From positions 58,342,001-58,406,000 of the forward strand of contig OZ024745.1 in assembly GCA_964016885.1 (NCBI GenBank): 64,000 bases of DNA. The letters are read 5' to 3'. Each line of letters starts with the position of its first letter. Within the stretch, counting starts at the first letter, position 1. Source of the stretch: Eledone cirrhosa (lineage: Eukaryota). Under the pieces are notes generated by a model. That model worked only from the letters and a program-made list of their open reading frames with translations. It searched no databases and was not told the DNA's origin. Below, in pieces: positions 29,235 through 43,586 of the stretch. The position numbers and the translations under genes were made by a program.

Positions 29235-30945
29235 ATTTCTATTTTAGGCACAAGGCCAGAAATCTGGAAGGAGGGGGGGGGTCGATTATATTAACACCAG
29301 TACGTGACTGGTACTTTATTTTATCGAACCCTGGATGAAGAAATGCAAAATAGATCTTTGCGAGATTTGAAGATAAAGAACCATAACAAATGCTACAAGG
29401 CCTTTCATACGACACTCTTATTATGCAAGCAATTTATAACTGTTTCTACGTTTGGCACAAGGCCAGCAATTAGCCAGAGCATTACTGGTACTTTATTTTA
29501 TCGACCCCGTAAGGATGAAAGGCAAAGTTAACCTCGGCGGGATTTGAACTCAGAATGGCAAGAGCCGTAACTCTATACGTAAAAGCATAGCGTCAGACCC
29601 TCTACCGATACTAACAATGACCATTTATTCAATTTAATTGTAATATATAAAATAATTGTTTCTAATATAGGCCTTACTTTTTTATATAACGGTTTTTGAT
29701 TTAGGCACGAGGCCAACAATTTATAGGGGTGAGGGTCATCAATTACTTCAAACCCTGTGCGTTATTGGTACTTTGTTCCGCCGTCCTAATATATATAATA
29801 ATAGTTTCTACATTAGGCATAAGGCCAGCAATTTTTGGGGAGGTGAAAAGTCGATTAAATCGACCCCAGTACATTACTGATGCTTTATTTTATCGACCCC
29901 GTAACGATGAAAGGAAAAGCTAATTTCGGTGTGATTTGAACTCAGAATGTAAAGGGGCGTAATTATATGCCGCAAAGCGTATTGTCCGATGCTCTACTGA
30001 TACTGCCACTCCATCGCCCTAATTTAATAATAATAATGATGATGATTTCTACTATAGACACAAGGCCAGCAATTTGTGGGGAGGGGAAGAGCATTACTGG
30101 TACTTTATTTTATCGACCCCGTAAGGATGAATGGCAAAGTTAACCTCGACGGGATTTGAACTCAGAGCATAAAACGCCGAAACTATATACCGCAAAGTAT
30201 GTTATCCAACACTCTACAGATTTTTCCAATCCACCACCCTAATATAATAATTGTTTCTACTTTTGGCACAAGGCCAGCAATTATCCCAGTGTATTACTGG
30301 TACTTTATTTTATCGACTCCGTAAGGATGAAAGGCAAAGTTAACCTTGGCGGGATTTGAACTCAGTAATATAATAATTGTTTCTACTTTAGGCACAAGGC
30401 CAGAAATTACTCAGTGCATTACTGGTACTTTTTTTTTGTCGACCCCGTAACGATGAAAGACAAAGTCAACCTCGGCGGGATTTGAACTCAGATCGTAAAG
30501 GGACGTAACTATGCTGGAAAGCATGGCGTCCGATCCTCTACCGATACTGCCAATCCACGTTTCTAACATAGGCATATGACCTCAGATTTGACGGGAGGGC
30601 TGTTTGTGATTAAATCGAACTCCAGTACTGCACTGGTACTTGTGAGATAGCCACATCCCCAATTTCCGAAAAGATGAAATGCGAATTCGGCCGTGGTACT
30701 CATTCCAAGATAAAATCTAATATCAACAGGTAACCATTTAATGGAAGGCCAGCATGTATATTTTATAATTGTTTCTACTTTAGGCGCAAGGCCAGCAATT
30801 ACCCAGTACATTACTGGTACTTTATTTTATCGACCCCGTATGGATGAAAGGCAAAGTTAACCTCGGCGGGATTTGAACTCAGATCATAAAGGGACGTAAC
30901 TATGCTGGAAAGCATGTCCGAGCCTCTACCGATACTTCCAATTCA
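29235..30945 (-). mobile_element. Head-to-tail array of about nine full or partial tRNA-derived SINE copies
   Basis: Repeated TTTCTAC..TAGGCACAAGGCCAGCAATT...TTTATCGACCCCGTAAGGATGAAAGGCAAAGTTAACCTCGGCGGGATTTGAACTC units. Confidence 0.9.
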
Positions 30946-31354
30946 CAATGATGGATACTTAGATTGTATAACTGTAGATATGTTTTATGTTGGCTTACTG
31001 TTGTAGTTGTTGTTGTTGTTCGTTTTATTTTTCTTAGTTTCAATTTCTTCGTTTGTTTATTGATGTCGCTGATTCTGGTGTTGTTTTATTAAAACAGATC
31101 CAGTTGAGTGGAAGTGATATATAATAATATATTTATATATAGAGAGATAATGCCTGCGTTCGATAATTTATAATAATATGACAATATATAGTATGATTAT
31201 ACATACATATATTGGAAGTATAAGCCAGACAGACTAAAATAAGTTAGTCTCACTCATACAAACATCTCCCGACCAAGTTTTTTGTCCATTCATTGAGATG
31301 TTTAAGTATTAGAGACTAATAACCTGTATATATATATATATATATATATATATG

Positions 31355-31644
31355 TAGAAGGGGTATTTCATTTGTTGGAAATCCGACAAATATAAATATA
31401 AATGTTTATAACTGATTAAGAGCACTCAACAGTTTCCTGGAGTAAATATTCAATGATATTAAATAAATGGAAACTATATTTATAAAACCATATTTATTTT
31501 ATTAGATTAGGTATGTCTCTATTTATAAAACAAACTTTGTATTTTATCTGAAGAAAGCGTACCAAAGTCTTTTGGTACACTTGAAATATATATAATAAAA
31601 TAAATATGGTTTCATAAATATAGTTTCCATTTATTTAATATCAT

Positions 31645-31648
<4 letters not shown>
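31355..31648. mobile_element. Short Penelope-like element with ~50-bp inverted repeat in (TA)n; related copy at 51027-51875
   Basis: 31451-31500 is inverted at 31597-31648; its first ~145 bp match 51027-51170. Confidence 0.7.
31541..31601 (+). ncRNA. Minimal type I hammerhead ribozyme
   Basis: attttat CTGAAGA aagcgtaccaaag-tct-tttggtacactt GAAA tatata TA ataaaat. Confidence 0.85.
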
Positions 31649-31691
<43 letters not shown>

Positions 31692-31843
31692 ACAGGGAGA
31701 AAGAGACGATTATGAGGAAGAAAAATATATTTTTTTCCTTTTTTGTTTCTCTCTCTATATATATACTGGTATCCACCTGTTTATAGTGGGGCAGATAACG
31801 TTGTTAGAACCCAATACAATCTTGAAAAGATAATTTCATTGTC

Positions 31844-31961
<118 letters not shown>

Positions 31962-32245
31962 GGGTAAACAGAAATAACAACACAATCGGTACAGTATATG
32001 GAAGGAATATATTAGTTTAACGCTTGAAATAGCAGGAAGTGTGTCTTAACGTTTCGGACGCTAGTCTTTTATTAGAAGAAGGAATAAGAAATTAGAAAAA
32101 TTGAAGGGACGGACAGGGCGAAATCGGAAAAAATGTTTTTAGAGAAAAATAACAGGTTCAATCATGTTGCCATCTCTTGGAAAACTGTTGATGCTGACGT
32201 TTTGTGTATGATATACATTTTTAGAAAAGTGGATGATGGAGCGTG

Positions 32246-32352
<107 letters not shown>

Positions 32353-32469
32353 ATATATATATATATATTTCAAATGTTTGCCGGCTTACGGTTAAGCTTT
32401 TTCCGTGTCCTATATATTGTATATATACGAGGTTTCAATTAACATTAGATTCAAATAAGCTGCTTCAAA

Positions 32470-32660
32470 TATAAAAACAGACTAACAAGCCGCGAATATA
32501 AGCCCTACGAGTGCGAAAAAGGCGATATTCTTCACATGTTCTGCCTCTAACGGGCTTATATGCCCAGTTTGTTTGAATGTATGTTAGCTTACCTTAAGCT
32601 AAGATTCAAAATTCAAAATCTACTCAGGGCTTTGTGGATACGATAACATGTATGGATTAT
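32470..32660 (+). promoter_or_regulatory. Candidate TATA box and non-coding first exon of the spondin-like gene
   Basis: TATAAAA near 32470 after a (CT)n tract, locally CpG-richer unique sequence, and a GTAAGT donor at 32661. The exon at 33444 has an acceptor, so an upstream exon must exist. Confidence 0.25.
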
Positions 32661-32852
32661 GTAAGTATGTGTACACACATGCATACATACACTTTTATTG
32701 CTTATGGTAAAAAGGATCGTTAACGCTTTAATTCACGGTTAAATGAATTAAACATTAACGACTAAATGAATACACACATATATGTGCACACACTCACACA
32801 TATATGTGTGTGTGTCTGAGTGTATATATACATACAAACACACATTATATAT

Positions 32853-33120
32853 GGTCGATAAAATAAAGTACCAGTAATGCACTGGGTAATTGCTGGTCTT
32901 GTGCCTAAAGTAGAAACAATTATATATATATATGGCGGTAGATTGGCAGTATCGGTAGAGAGTCGGACGCCGTTCTTTGACGCATAGAGTTACGGCCCTT
33001 GCCATTCTGAGTTCAAATCCCGCCGAGGTTAACTTTGCCTTTCATCCTTACGGGGTCGATAAAATAAAGTACCAGTAATGCAGTGGGTAATTGCTGGCCT
33101 TGTGCCAAAAAGTAGAAAAT

Positions 33121-33122
<2 letters not shown>
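32853..33122 (+). mobile_element. tRNA-derived SINE: 3' fragment plus full copy (32933-33122)
   Basis: A-box-like TGGCAGTATCGG, B-box GAGTTCAAATCC, GCCTTTCATCCTTACGGGGTCGATAAAAT core (Meta-domain-like). Confidence 0.9.
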
Positions 33123-33180
<58 letters not shown>

Positions 33181-33521
33181 CAAACAGACATATTCGTGTT
33201 AGCGGTTGTATAAATATATATTCCTATATAAGAAGTAGGTAATCGCTATCATCTAAACAAATTCAAGCACTAGGGTTGGTTATAATCTTACCAATTAGCA
33301 TCCATTAAACAACCGAACAAACAGTACCTGTTTCTTACAATTGTTTAGTTAGATAACAGACAAGCTAATGACACAAAACAGAGAATAGTTGATAAATAGA
33401 ACTTTGGTTTTGTTTATACTTTACTTTTTTTCTTTCGTTATAGAAACTAAACATCGAGATAACTATTTGAAATTAATATCAGCATCGTAGTGAACGTTCC
33501 TATCGCCATAATTATTAAATA

Positions 33522-34659
33522 ATGGATCGTAATAGAAGGAAGATGTGCAAGACGTTAACTCCTGTTAATGTGGAATCTAACTATCGTGATTTTGGATGGA
33601 ATATTAAAAAGAGAGATGAACATTTTAATGCTAGAAAGAATTGTTTTTGGTTGTTGGCAGTTGCTCTCTGTATTTTCTCAAACTTTGTAAGTCAAGTACA
33701 CTGTTCCTCGACAACTGTTCCAACGTCTGTTAGTACAACTACCAGCCGAAATATATCGATGGTAACCTCGTATTTACAGCCAAATAAAACAGATGATCAA
33801 TATGACAGATCTACTGAATCAACAACCGTCGTAAACTCGACCATCATGCAGTTAGGGCCTAAACATCGTACTCAATCGCCGCAGTATGAACATGACAAGG
33901 TACGCCATAAACACCGTCTACACAAACTTCGCCAACGATATAATCAGCGAGGACAAAAAGATAAAAAGTTGAAGAAGATACCACAGACACGTACAACGCA
34001 GACAACACAGAGAACTCTAACAACTCAAACAACTCAAACAATAAAACTTCAAAGAACTCAAACTACACAGAAATCTCAAACAACTAAAAAAAATGAAAAA
34101 TCTCATACTTCACCGAACATTCAAGTACTTCAGACAACTTCCAAAAATCAAAAACTACAAACAACTTCTCAAATACAAAACCCCCAAACAACTAAAAGAT
34201 CACAAGCCTCTCAAACATTAGAAGAAACTACATCGCCATCGATGCTGAAGACACATGACGCTAAGACAACTGAAAAGATCAAAACAACAGAAAAACAAAC
34301 AGCAACTTTCCGAACATCGGAAAAACCCCAAACAACACATCACATGACTACAAAGGTTCATGTGAAAGCCCACAAAAAAGAATTACCCCAACCAACAAAA
34401 GATCAGGGTGTAACAGCTAACCCAACGTCATATGCAACTGAAAGTATGAAAAATACGATACAAACTGTAAATACAACACCTAGAACTTCTAAAAGACCTC
34501 CAATTATACCAACGTACATTGCAAGCACAGATGATATGCAGTGTCCCGAAAAATCAATGGCATTCTATAATATCTCGTTTGTACCTCTTTGGTCAACCAG
34601 ACGATTCCCGAAGATGTATCCTACGTACCGACCTCATGCACAGTGGTCAAAAACAATCG
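33522..34659 (+). CDS. First coding exon of a mindin/spondin-2-like gene: basic N-terminal tail, hydrophobic signal/anchor, ~280-aa Thr/Ser/Gln/Lys mucin-like region, start of Spondin_N domain
   Basis: Non-repetitive 392-aa ORF. Its end (CPEKSMAFYNISFVPLWSTRRFPKMYPTYRPHAQWSKTIG) matches the Spondin_N start (cf. mindin [32 protein letters not shown]). Polypyrimidine+AG acceptor ends at 33443; donor G|GTGAGT at 34660 (phase 1). Confidence 0.9.
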
Positions 34660-35508
34660 GTGAGTTAAATTCTTCTATTTTTTCTACTTCTTTGAGTTAA
34701 ATACTTTAACAACAAATAATATGTATCAAATATAGATTAGGAAGAAGTAGGGGACAAAACATCGATAGAAAGAAAAATAAACAGGCATATCTATTCAGGA
34801 AGAAACCCATACCTATACATATATTAAAAAAATAATATATATTCAAATACAGTGTGTGTGTGTGTGTGGAGGGGGGGAACAACTTTCCAAACATGAATAT
34901 CTCATCTTTTCATAGGCAATGATGGATCCATCGTATCTATCATTTTTGTAAAGTTGGTGGGGATTTAATTGTGAAGTGAAATTTGGATGCTATTTTTAGT
35001 AGGTTCAATGACAACATGGATACTCTTTTATTGACTTAATAATTACATATCTTTGCATTGTGTTGTTGTATGATCATGTGTTTTCAATTAAACATTCTGC
35101 ACATCGGTTAAATTACAAAAGTGTAATTTTTCCCCAATTTTTCGAATTACTTTATAAGACACTCTGTTGATGACGACGAGAACGGGGATGTGGCGGTGGA
35201 AATGGAAGAGGAGAGAGAAGAAGGAGGAGGTTTTATTGATTTCAAAGCAGCTTTCGAACTATTTCTTGTAGATTGTCTTTTTTTTTTTGTTATTTCAGGC
35301 AGGACTACGTTATCCAATATTTCCTATCTTCGTCAGACATTCTTTCCCATAATACAATCAATGTTGTCGTTGTTTGGTTCATCAATATAGAGATTCTTCG
35401 TACAATGTACTCGTTATAGTAAACAAGTTGTAAACATTTCCTAGATAATATATTCATATAATTATGTGTACAGTTATACATTTAAATATATTGAGACACA
35501 ATATATTC

Positions 35509-35696
35509 TGGATTGGCAGTATCGGTAGAGGGTCGGACGCCATGCTTTCCAGCAAAGAGTTACGGCCCTTTATGGTCTGAGTTCAAATCCCGCCTAGGTT
35601 AACTTTGCCTTTCATCCTTACAGGGTTGATAAAATAAAGTACCAGTAATGTACTGGGTAATTTCTGGCATTGTGACAAAAGTAGAAACAATTATTA
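35509..35696 (+). mobile_element. tRNA-derived SINE copy
   Basis: Same family as 32933-33122. Confidence 0.9.
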
Positions 35697-35709
35697 GACA
35701 TTCAATATT

Positions 35710-37900
35710 TTACATGCATCATCGTGTGATGCACCTTTGACATCATCACTGATGTTACTGTTACTCTGAAGTTATTGGGTGTTTAGGATATTTCACCAAT
35801 CACACAAACAATCGGAGTTAATAAACTCCGACTGTTTCCCTTTCCATTAATCCACAGCCTTGTCGAAACTTCTACCTCAGTGACTAACTTCATGACTTTT
35901 CATCTCTTGTACGCCCTACTCAGAGTTTGGCTTGCATGACACTTTAGTAGACTCACATGGCGTTCCCAACCCTTGTTTAAGCATATGTTCACTAGCTTTA
36001 TATACGATTCCCTCTTCCTCTCAAGGGTGTGCCCAATACTGTTTTCCTTGGAAATTGAGAGTTCTAAAATAATTATCTGCTTGGAAGCTTGTGAGATTTG
36101 CACATTGTCTAGTCTTGATGATGTAGTGACATAATTTGCTTTTCTAGCCTTGTGCTATTGTCAGCAGGCCAAATGAGGTGGACGTGACAGCTAATGTTAA
36201 CTTTTCTCCAGATTTGACGAAAGTGATGTCTTCTTCCCTGGACAGACGCGCTTACAATAATTAATGTCACCGCAGATCATGTCCACTTTTGCCTTCAGAA
36301 CATAAATATAACGGTGCGGTAATATCGATTCTTGCAAACACCAAATCTCTCAGGCTGATATTGAGGTCAAGACAGCATTTAAAGACGTACTTGAAGATTA
36401 TTCCTTCGGACATTGTGGTGAAGCTGGTGAACCTCCTCCAGCAAAACATATACAAAATACTTGGTAGAAAGTCATACACAATTTAAATTAAGAATTTTAT
36501 TCGGTGGGTCTCGGTCCCCTATAGCTCAAGCCATGACGATTCACGCTCCAATATTTGCTCTTATCTTTGCTAGTTTCCCTTTTCCACATTCCAATCATCC
36601 TGCAGGCATTTTCTCATCTATCAACACCCGAATCATTAATGAACTATTTATCCATGTGTTTTGTCGGGGTGATGCATTATTCTACTATCCAGGTCAGCCT
36701 TTCATGCGGTTCTACGACCAATACACTCTGAATTTGTCATGACTTCACTATATCCCTCACCACCACTGTCGTCCACGTCTTTCTTATCTTTCGTTTAAAC
36801 CGGACTGGGAAATTTTGAAAATTGCAGGAGACGGTATTGTAGCATCTTCTTACTGCAAGTTACCATAACATTTCATATTTGTTCTTCGTGCCGTTGGCAG
36901 GGAGCTTCAACTTGTTCTGCTTGTACAGGACCATGTTATTCAGACTCCAATTTAGTCCAAGACACATTCATATGAACCTATGAACTCTCATTTCAAAAAC
37001 CTCAACTGTGGAGTGAGAGGTTCTGTGGAAGGAGGCTATGTTGATATATCCAATCTCTGCTCTTTCCTAGAAGACGTAATATGTCGACCGCGGCTAGCTT
37101 GGCTTCCAAATCTCGATTGGTCACTTGGATTAATGATGTGTCTCTTCAGCTTCAATCAAAATTTTTCCGGGTACCTTTCACTGGTTTCTCGGTGGTAGAT
37201 CATATCTGGGTGCTGTCAAATATGAAGTAGATTTGCTGTTGATCCTCCATTTTTATCACCAAGTATCATGACTTCACCAGCATGAGATTCAATAAACATC
37301 ACATAACCAGCTCGATAAGATCTGATATGATTCACCTGCCTGTCGTGCTTTACGGACAACTTAGACTTAATGAGCAACCATAAAGTCACTCATAGAGGCC
37401 TTAATGTGCGTTGAGGAGGATTTTATGTATGATAAGATTTAGTGAGTTACTCTGAACACAGTACCTCAGCTTTCAATGGATCTCAATTTTAGAACTGTTG
37501 AGCGGTTTCCTGCGTTTCCGTTCTAGCAGCTGTTTCGAAAATCTGTAAGAAAGACAGCTCGCTTTGTATTCTTATCCTTCCTCTGCCACATATGCCTCTT
37601 AATTCTCCTTGAGATTGCAATAAGTTTGCAGGTGGTGATGCGCAGCTCTCAAAAATATCCCTTGCCCTCCTACATTACCTCAAGTTGTCCTGCTTCTGTT
37701 TGAGCTGATATATCTCACTTACACTGTTGTTTATTCTGGAAGTATAAATGTCCCATTCCCTTTCTCAGACACTAGATTGGCAATGGTAGTAGTCATTGAG
37801 GGAGGGGTCATCTTTATACTTTGGTCGTTGCTTCCAATATGGAATCGATGTCTTCGTCGAACTCGAGCTTCTTAGCTTAGCGCCACTTTATGTGTTATTT
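35710..37900 (-). mobile_element. Decayed HERO-like (restriction-like endonuclease) non-LTR retrotransposon
   Basis: SKQIIILELS...ERKRESYIKLVNICLNKGW resembles the RLE motif IELTVPWE..ERK..KY..LV..C...GW; TEKPVK remnant near 37190. Confidence 0.7.
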
Positions 37901-37989
37901 CTGTGCGTGTGACCGGGGCTTTCGTCACTTAGAAAATAACAACTACATTATTAACTCTCACTTTGAAAGCTCTGCTTTTTGCAATCCAA

Positions 37990-38570
37990 GAACAATAAAT
38001 AACAATGAAATACTACTTTATCTACAAAATGGATAGAAATGAAGGTTGAACACCTAGATACGACAACAGAAGCTGATTCTGTGAGACTAACACTGTAGAT
38101 GTGATCAAAATTATAAGAAGCTGTCTGAAAATATCATCAAAATATTATCTCTTTATAATAACGTTACTAAAAGATTGTACAATGCAGTCCGCAAGAATAA
38201 TAATCCAGATGATAAAAACACAGTTATAATGATGTCGAGATGAGAATAGCTCATAATATGAAAGAATACTGGAGTATTATTCCTGTCAATTTCCCTGCAA
38301 TATATAATCAAAACATAATGATCTGGAACACAGAACAGAAATTGTATACACTTTTGAAAAAATCAATTATTCAGTGGATGTTAAAGAAAGGTTTAAAGGT
38401 TAGTGAAACAGAGAGCATCCCTGCCAAAATAAGAAGGGATCTGCGGGTACCTGGATTATAGCTTTAGGTTTAGATCTATAATTATTGGGACGATTGATGA
38501 TGTACTTACCAGCCTCAGTGAAAATCTTGGAAGAACATGATTAATTAAGACCTTATTAGCTACAAGTCAT
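37990..38570 (+). mobile_element. Decayed R4/Dong-like RLE LINE 3' fragment
   Basis: EYW...NQNIMIWNTEQKL...VDV...DYSFRFRSIIIG remnants across frames. Confidence 0.5.
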
Positions 38571-38764
38571 TAATGGTAATGTGTCAATATGTAAAAGCAT
38601 TCCAGCAGGCTAAACATGTAATGTACATACATGTAGACATACAAATATATATAGATATAATTTAAAACATACATACCTGCAATAACAGCCATGCATGAAC
38701 ACATACATACATACATACATACATACATACATACATACATACATACATACATACATACATACAT

Positions 38765-40117
38765 GGTGGCTGCCAACTCGTTTTCGAGTACGGCCACTAC
38801 TTTATATCCATATAGGAGAACCCCTACCGATGCGCTGAACGAGTGTGACCTTTTAGTCCAGCCAGCGACTTGAAAACTCTGGTACAAACACTACACTTGT
38901 GACAAATATTAACACATAGTGCTGGGCCCATGGTACCCTGTGACGACAAGTGCAGAGAGATCTCCAGATATAAAGCAATGCCTGTGCCGTGAAGCTTTTA
39001 TAGTGAGCAAAGGCACTGCACAATGCCGGTCCCACTCTCTTAACCAAGATGATATTTACCAAAAAGAAGAACAAGTCAACATCATTGGATACCATCAGAG
39101 TTGCAGGTGTTATATCAGAGTTTTCCTTCTCCTAGAATTCTGCCTTGACAAAGGCTAAAGGGTCATCTCTCCCGGTGATTTGGATGGCCATTGACTCTTA
39201 AGAGCTCCTTTGCCCTTTGACAGGTTTTGTTTTTAGTCCTGCAGGATGTCCAAAGTCACCCTCCTCACCAAGAAACCTTGGTGGGGTTGCCAGTTTAGTC
39301 GCCAACGACCCGACCATGGGTCAGGTTGTACTGGGATACATGTTACCAGTAGCACCAACTGGTGACCTGACATACATACATACATACATACATACATACA
39401 TACATACATACATACATACATACATGCATGTTACCAGTAGCACCAACTGGTGACCTGACATACATACATACATACATACATACATACATACATACATACA
39501 TACATACATGGTGGCTGCCAACTCGTTTTCGAGTACGGCCACTACTTTATATCCATGTAGGAGAACCCCTACCAATGCGCTGAACAAATGTGACTTTTTA
39601 GTCCAGCCAGCGACTTGAAAACTCTGGTACAAAGACTACACTTGTGACAATTATTGACACATAGTGCTGAGGCCCATGGTACCATGTGATGACAAGTGCA
39701 GAGAGATCTCCAGATATAAAGCAATGCCTGTGCTGTGAAGCTTTTATAGTGAGCAAAGGCACTGCACAAAGCCAGTCCCACTCTCTTAACCAAGATGATA
39801 TTTACCAAAAAGAAGAACAAGTCAACATCATTGGATACCATCAGGGTTGCAGGTGTTATATCAGAGTTTTCCTTCTCCTAGAATTCTGCCTTGACAAAGG
39901 CTAAGGGGTCATCTCTCCCGGTGATTTTGGATGGCTATTGAGTCTTAAGAGCTCCCTTGCCCTTTGACAGGTTTTGTTTTTAGTCCTGCAGGATGTCCAA
40001 AGTCACCCTCCTCACCAAGAAACCTTGGTGGGGTTGCCAGTTTAGTCGCCAACGACCCGACCATGAGACAGGTTGTACTGGGATACATGTTACCAGTAGC
40101 ACCAACTGGTGACCTGA
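38765..40117 (-). mobile_element. Two full ~606-bp bipartite RTE-derived elements (38765-39370, 39510-40117) and a 5' stub (39427-39458), separated by (CATA)n
   Basis: Minus strand: RTE 5'UTR motif CTAGGAGAAGGAAAACTCTG, then C-terminal [22 protein letters not shown], a 3' hairpin and an (ATGT)n tail. Confidence 0.85.
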
Positions 40118-40319
40118 CATACATACATACATACATACATACATACATACATACATACAGACAGACAGACAGACAGACAGACAGATAGACAGACATATAT
40201 GCATACATATAATCATGACTACTCAGTTGATAGCGTCTAAATTCCAATGAAAGTGTCTTGTTTCTGGCTTAGTAAGTGGCTCTTTCTCTATTAGTGAAAA
40301 ATTTGAAAAATGAAACTAG

Positions 40320-40426
<107 letters not shown>

Positions 40427-40755
40427 TTATGCATGTATTCATACATAACTGCACAACTGACGTCTAGATTTCAATAACAGAGCATTGTTTTTAGCTTGGG
40501 AGACGATTCTTTCAATGTTGGTGAGAAATTTCAAAATTAAAGGCAGAATAACATAAATGCTCATATGCATTCATACATACGTACATGAATGCATACATAT
40601 TTACATACATACGTCCATACAACATACATATATACATACATGCATGCATATTTACATACATATAAACATACATACATGCATCCGTACATGCATACATACA
40701 TACGTACATACATATAACATACATACATATATCATACACATAATACACGCGCACG

Positions 40756-40853
<98 letters not shown>

Positions 40854-42278
40854 CACACACACACTCACTCGCACACATGCATTCATACATACTTCAGAAT
40901 TCTTCTTAGCAGAGATCTGAAATGCTTACAAGCATACAAACATCTATATAGCTATACCAATATCTATCAATGTGTTTGTGGGAGTGCCTATATATGTATG
41001 TGTGTGTGGGGGGGGGTGCGTGTGTGTGCGTGCGCATGTGTGTGTGTGTGTTGTTAAAAGTTGTTTTAATATATATCAGTAAATTCGTCTGTTGGTTTCT
41101 TGACAATATGCAGATTCTAATCTTGTGTTCATTCGTTTAGAAATTTCGAAGGTCTTTCTTTCAGAGATAGCTTATCGGATATCACTGTTTACATTGCAGA
41201 CAAAGTAATTATGAATGAGAACTATTGAACTATTGAACGTTTTCCATTATTGATGGCACTTCAACGTTCAAGTAATTGAGTAAAATGCTACGAATCGGTT
41301 TCTTTCAGAAGTAGAGTTGATGTCTTTTTTGTTTCTTTTAAGAAACTAAAACACTTCTGCATTCTCACGCGTGATTGCCACAAAGATTTGATTCATTTAG
41401 AATTATCATTAAATGGTCTGTAAATAAATACACTCCGTGAGCGCCGTAACCTAAATAATTCGAAAAGTAAGCAAAATAATTGATGTCATCACTAGCCGGA
41501 CATTCAGTTCCGAGAATTCGCAACCAAATATCTTTCATCACACCTTTCTTGTCTATAACAATAGCGAGAACCTATTCGATATTTATGTAGTTCTCGATAT
41601 ATCAGTCAGACAAAGCTAATAGTACTTGCGACAAATCCGTTTAAAACTCGATTCCATGAGCACGACAGCTGAAGCGGTTGTCAATTCAGGAAACACCGCA
41701 TTGTACTGTAGTAATGAGTTTAGGAGAAGTGGGATAAGGGAAGTAAAATAAGTTTTTAAAGTATAATGACGGTTCTTAGATATTTCTAGTCCCTTTATAA
41801 ATGAGTTGAAGATATATGATTTTGCCTCACAGAAAACATTTTAAATAATTCCTAACTCCAGTCCAACTCTATATAGGAAATTCTTACACAACTCGACTTT
41901 TTGATATGCTTCTAAGTTTTATCAAATAACTTTAAGAAGGAACTACGTATAACATTCCAGATGAAATCTCATACAACAGTTCCGAAAGTTTTATCAGCAA
42001 CCACAGTAATATCTACCATCTTCCTCTCCCTTTCCACCGATAAGCGATGTTACTTCATCTCATGTAAAGAAAATTATGTGAAACTCTGGTATAGATCAAA
42101 TGCTCAGATATATTTCTAGACCCCCACACATCCACCATGGGAGTATATCGAGTACTTTTATGTGATTACCCCAATACATTGCTTTACCCTAGCGAGTATT
42201 AATAGTCAGTCTTGAACTGCCTACATTCTGCTCATAACAATGTATGTGTCTATTTATACGTATAAAAATATTCGTGTT

Positions 42279-42467
<189 letters not shown>

Positions 42468-42504
42468 TGATAATGGCTGCAACTCGATTTGAAGTAATGC
42501 CATC

Positions 42505-42720
42505 TCTTGATACTTGATACTTGATACTTGATACTTGATACTTGATACTTGATACTTGATAAGCATCACAGACCTGGCTGTTTAGTCCGGCTTAGGACTT
42601 GCAAATGGCAGCAATACTATGCATAGCAAAAAATGTCACATATCGCGCGATGCCCATGCTTGAATCATTTTTAAGTGAGGAAAGGCTTTGATCGGGACGA
42701 ATCCCACTGTCTGAACATCG
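42505..42720 (-). mobile_element. RTE-derived short element with (TATCAAG)n tail
   Basis: 7-bp tandem tail at 42506-42560; TTTCCTCACTTAAAAA motif shared with the other RTE-derived elements. Confidence 0.55.
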
Positions 42721-42851
42721 AATGCATTTACCTCAAAAGTATATATGTATATATATATAGAGAGAGAGAGAGATAGTCTGCTGAGGCCGAGGAGACCACT
42801 AAACATGTGAGTACTCGATACATGGGGAGATGTAGAGTCGGTATAGCGATA

Positions 42852-42956
42852 TGTAAAATTCCAACCGTTGCACCAAGCGGTTTCTGGTTGTGTGTTCAGC
42901 AAGGCTTGCTGAACACACAACAAGAAACCGCTTGGCGCCACGGTCGGGATTTTACA
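42852..42956. repeat. ~52-bp-arm near-perfect palindrome made of two half-hammerheads
   Basis: Centre CAGCAAG-G-CTTGCTG; the right arm contains GAAA ccg-cttggcgcca-cgg TC gggat. Confidence 0.85.
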
Positions 42957-43122
42957 GACACACACATATATACATATACATATATATATATATATATATA
43001 ATAACTAGAAATTGATTAACATATATATAAACATGAATAATCACAGGAGATAATTTATGCCTTTCTGGCATGACACCCATAATTTTGATTTAGATTAAAT
43101 TCATTTAATTTATCTTAGTTTT

Positions 43123-43156
<34 letters not shown>

Positions 43157-43264
43157 TGTATTGAATGCATAACATGCATTCAATACGTGTAGAAAAATGT
43201 ATTTACTCGTTTTGAAGCTGTTGATTTACACCAATATTGGGAGCTTTTTTTTTTTTTTTCGTTA

Positions 43265-43440
43265 GTACTTTTGGCACAAGGCCAGCAATTATCCCAGTGC
43301 ACTGTTGGTGCTTTATTTTATTGACCTGTAAGAATAAAGGCAAAATTGACCCCCGCGAGATTTGAACTCAGATCGTAAAGGGCCGTAAGTCTACGCTACA
43401 AAGCATGGCGTCCAACCCTCTACCGATACTGCAATCCACA
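43265..43440 (-). mobile_element. tRNA-derived SINE copy
   Basis: Same family as the 29235-30945 array. Confidence 0.85.
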
Positions 43441-43555
43441 TTAGAGAAATAATATAGACATTAGAGCGAACAACTCGGCGTATTGACGTAGTAATCACCT
43501 TTGTTCAAATAAATACACTCCTGTTTTTTAAACAAAACACGCAAAAACATGGGTG

Positions 43556-43586
<31 letters not shown>

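Noticed and set aside
29235-30945. Repeat array superficially like CRISPR
   Set aside because: Units are ~120-230-bp SINE copies without unique spacers; eukaryotic context and no cas genes.
34481-34500. Furin site (RTSKR) before the Spondin_N domain
   Set aside because: Arg is at P5 rather than P4, and P1' is Pro.
34660-34700. ORF tail ELNSSIFSTSLS*
   Set aside because: Read-through past a strong GTGAGT donor; the domain continues in the exon at 52577.
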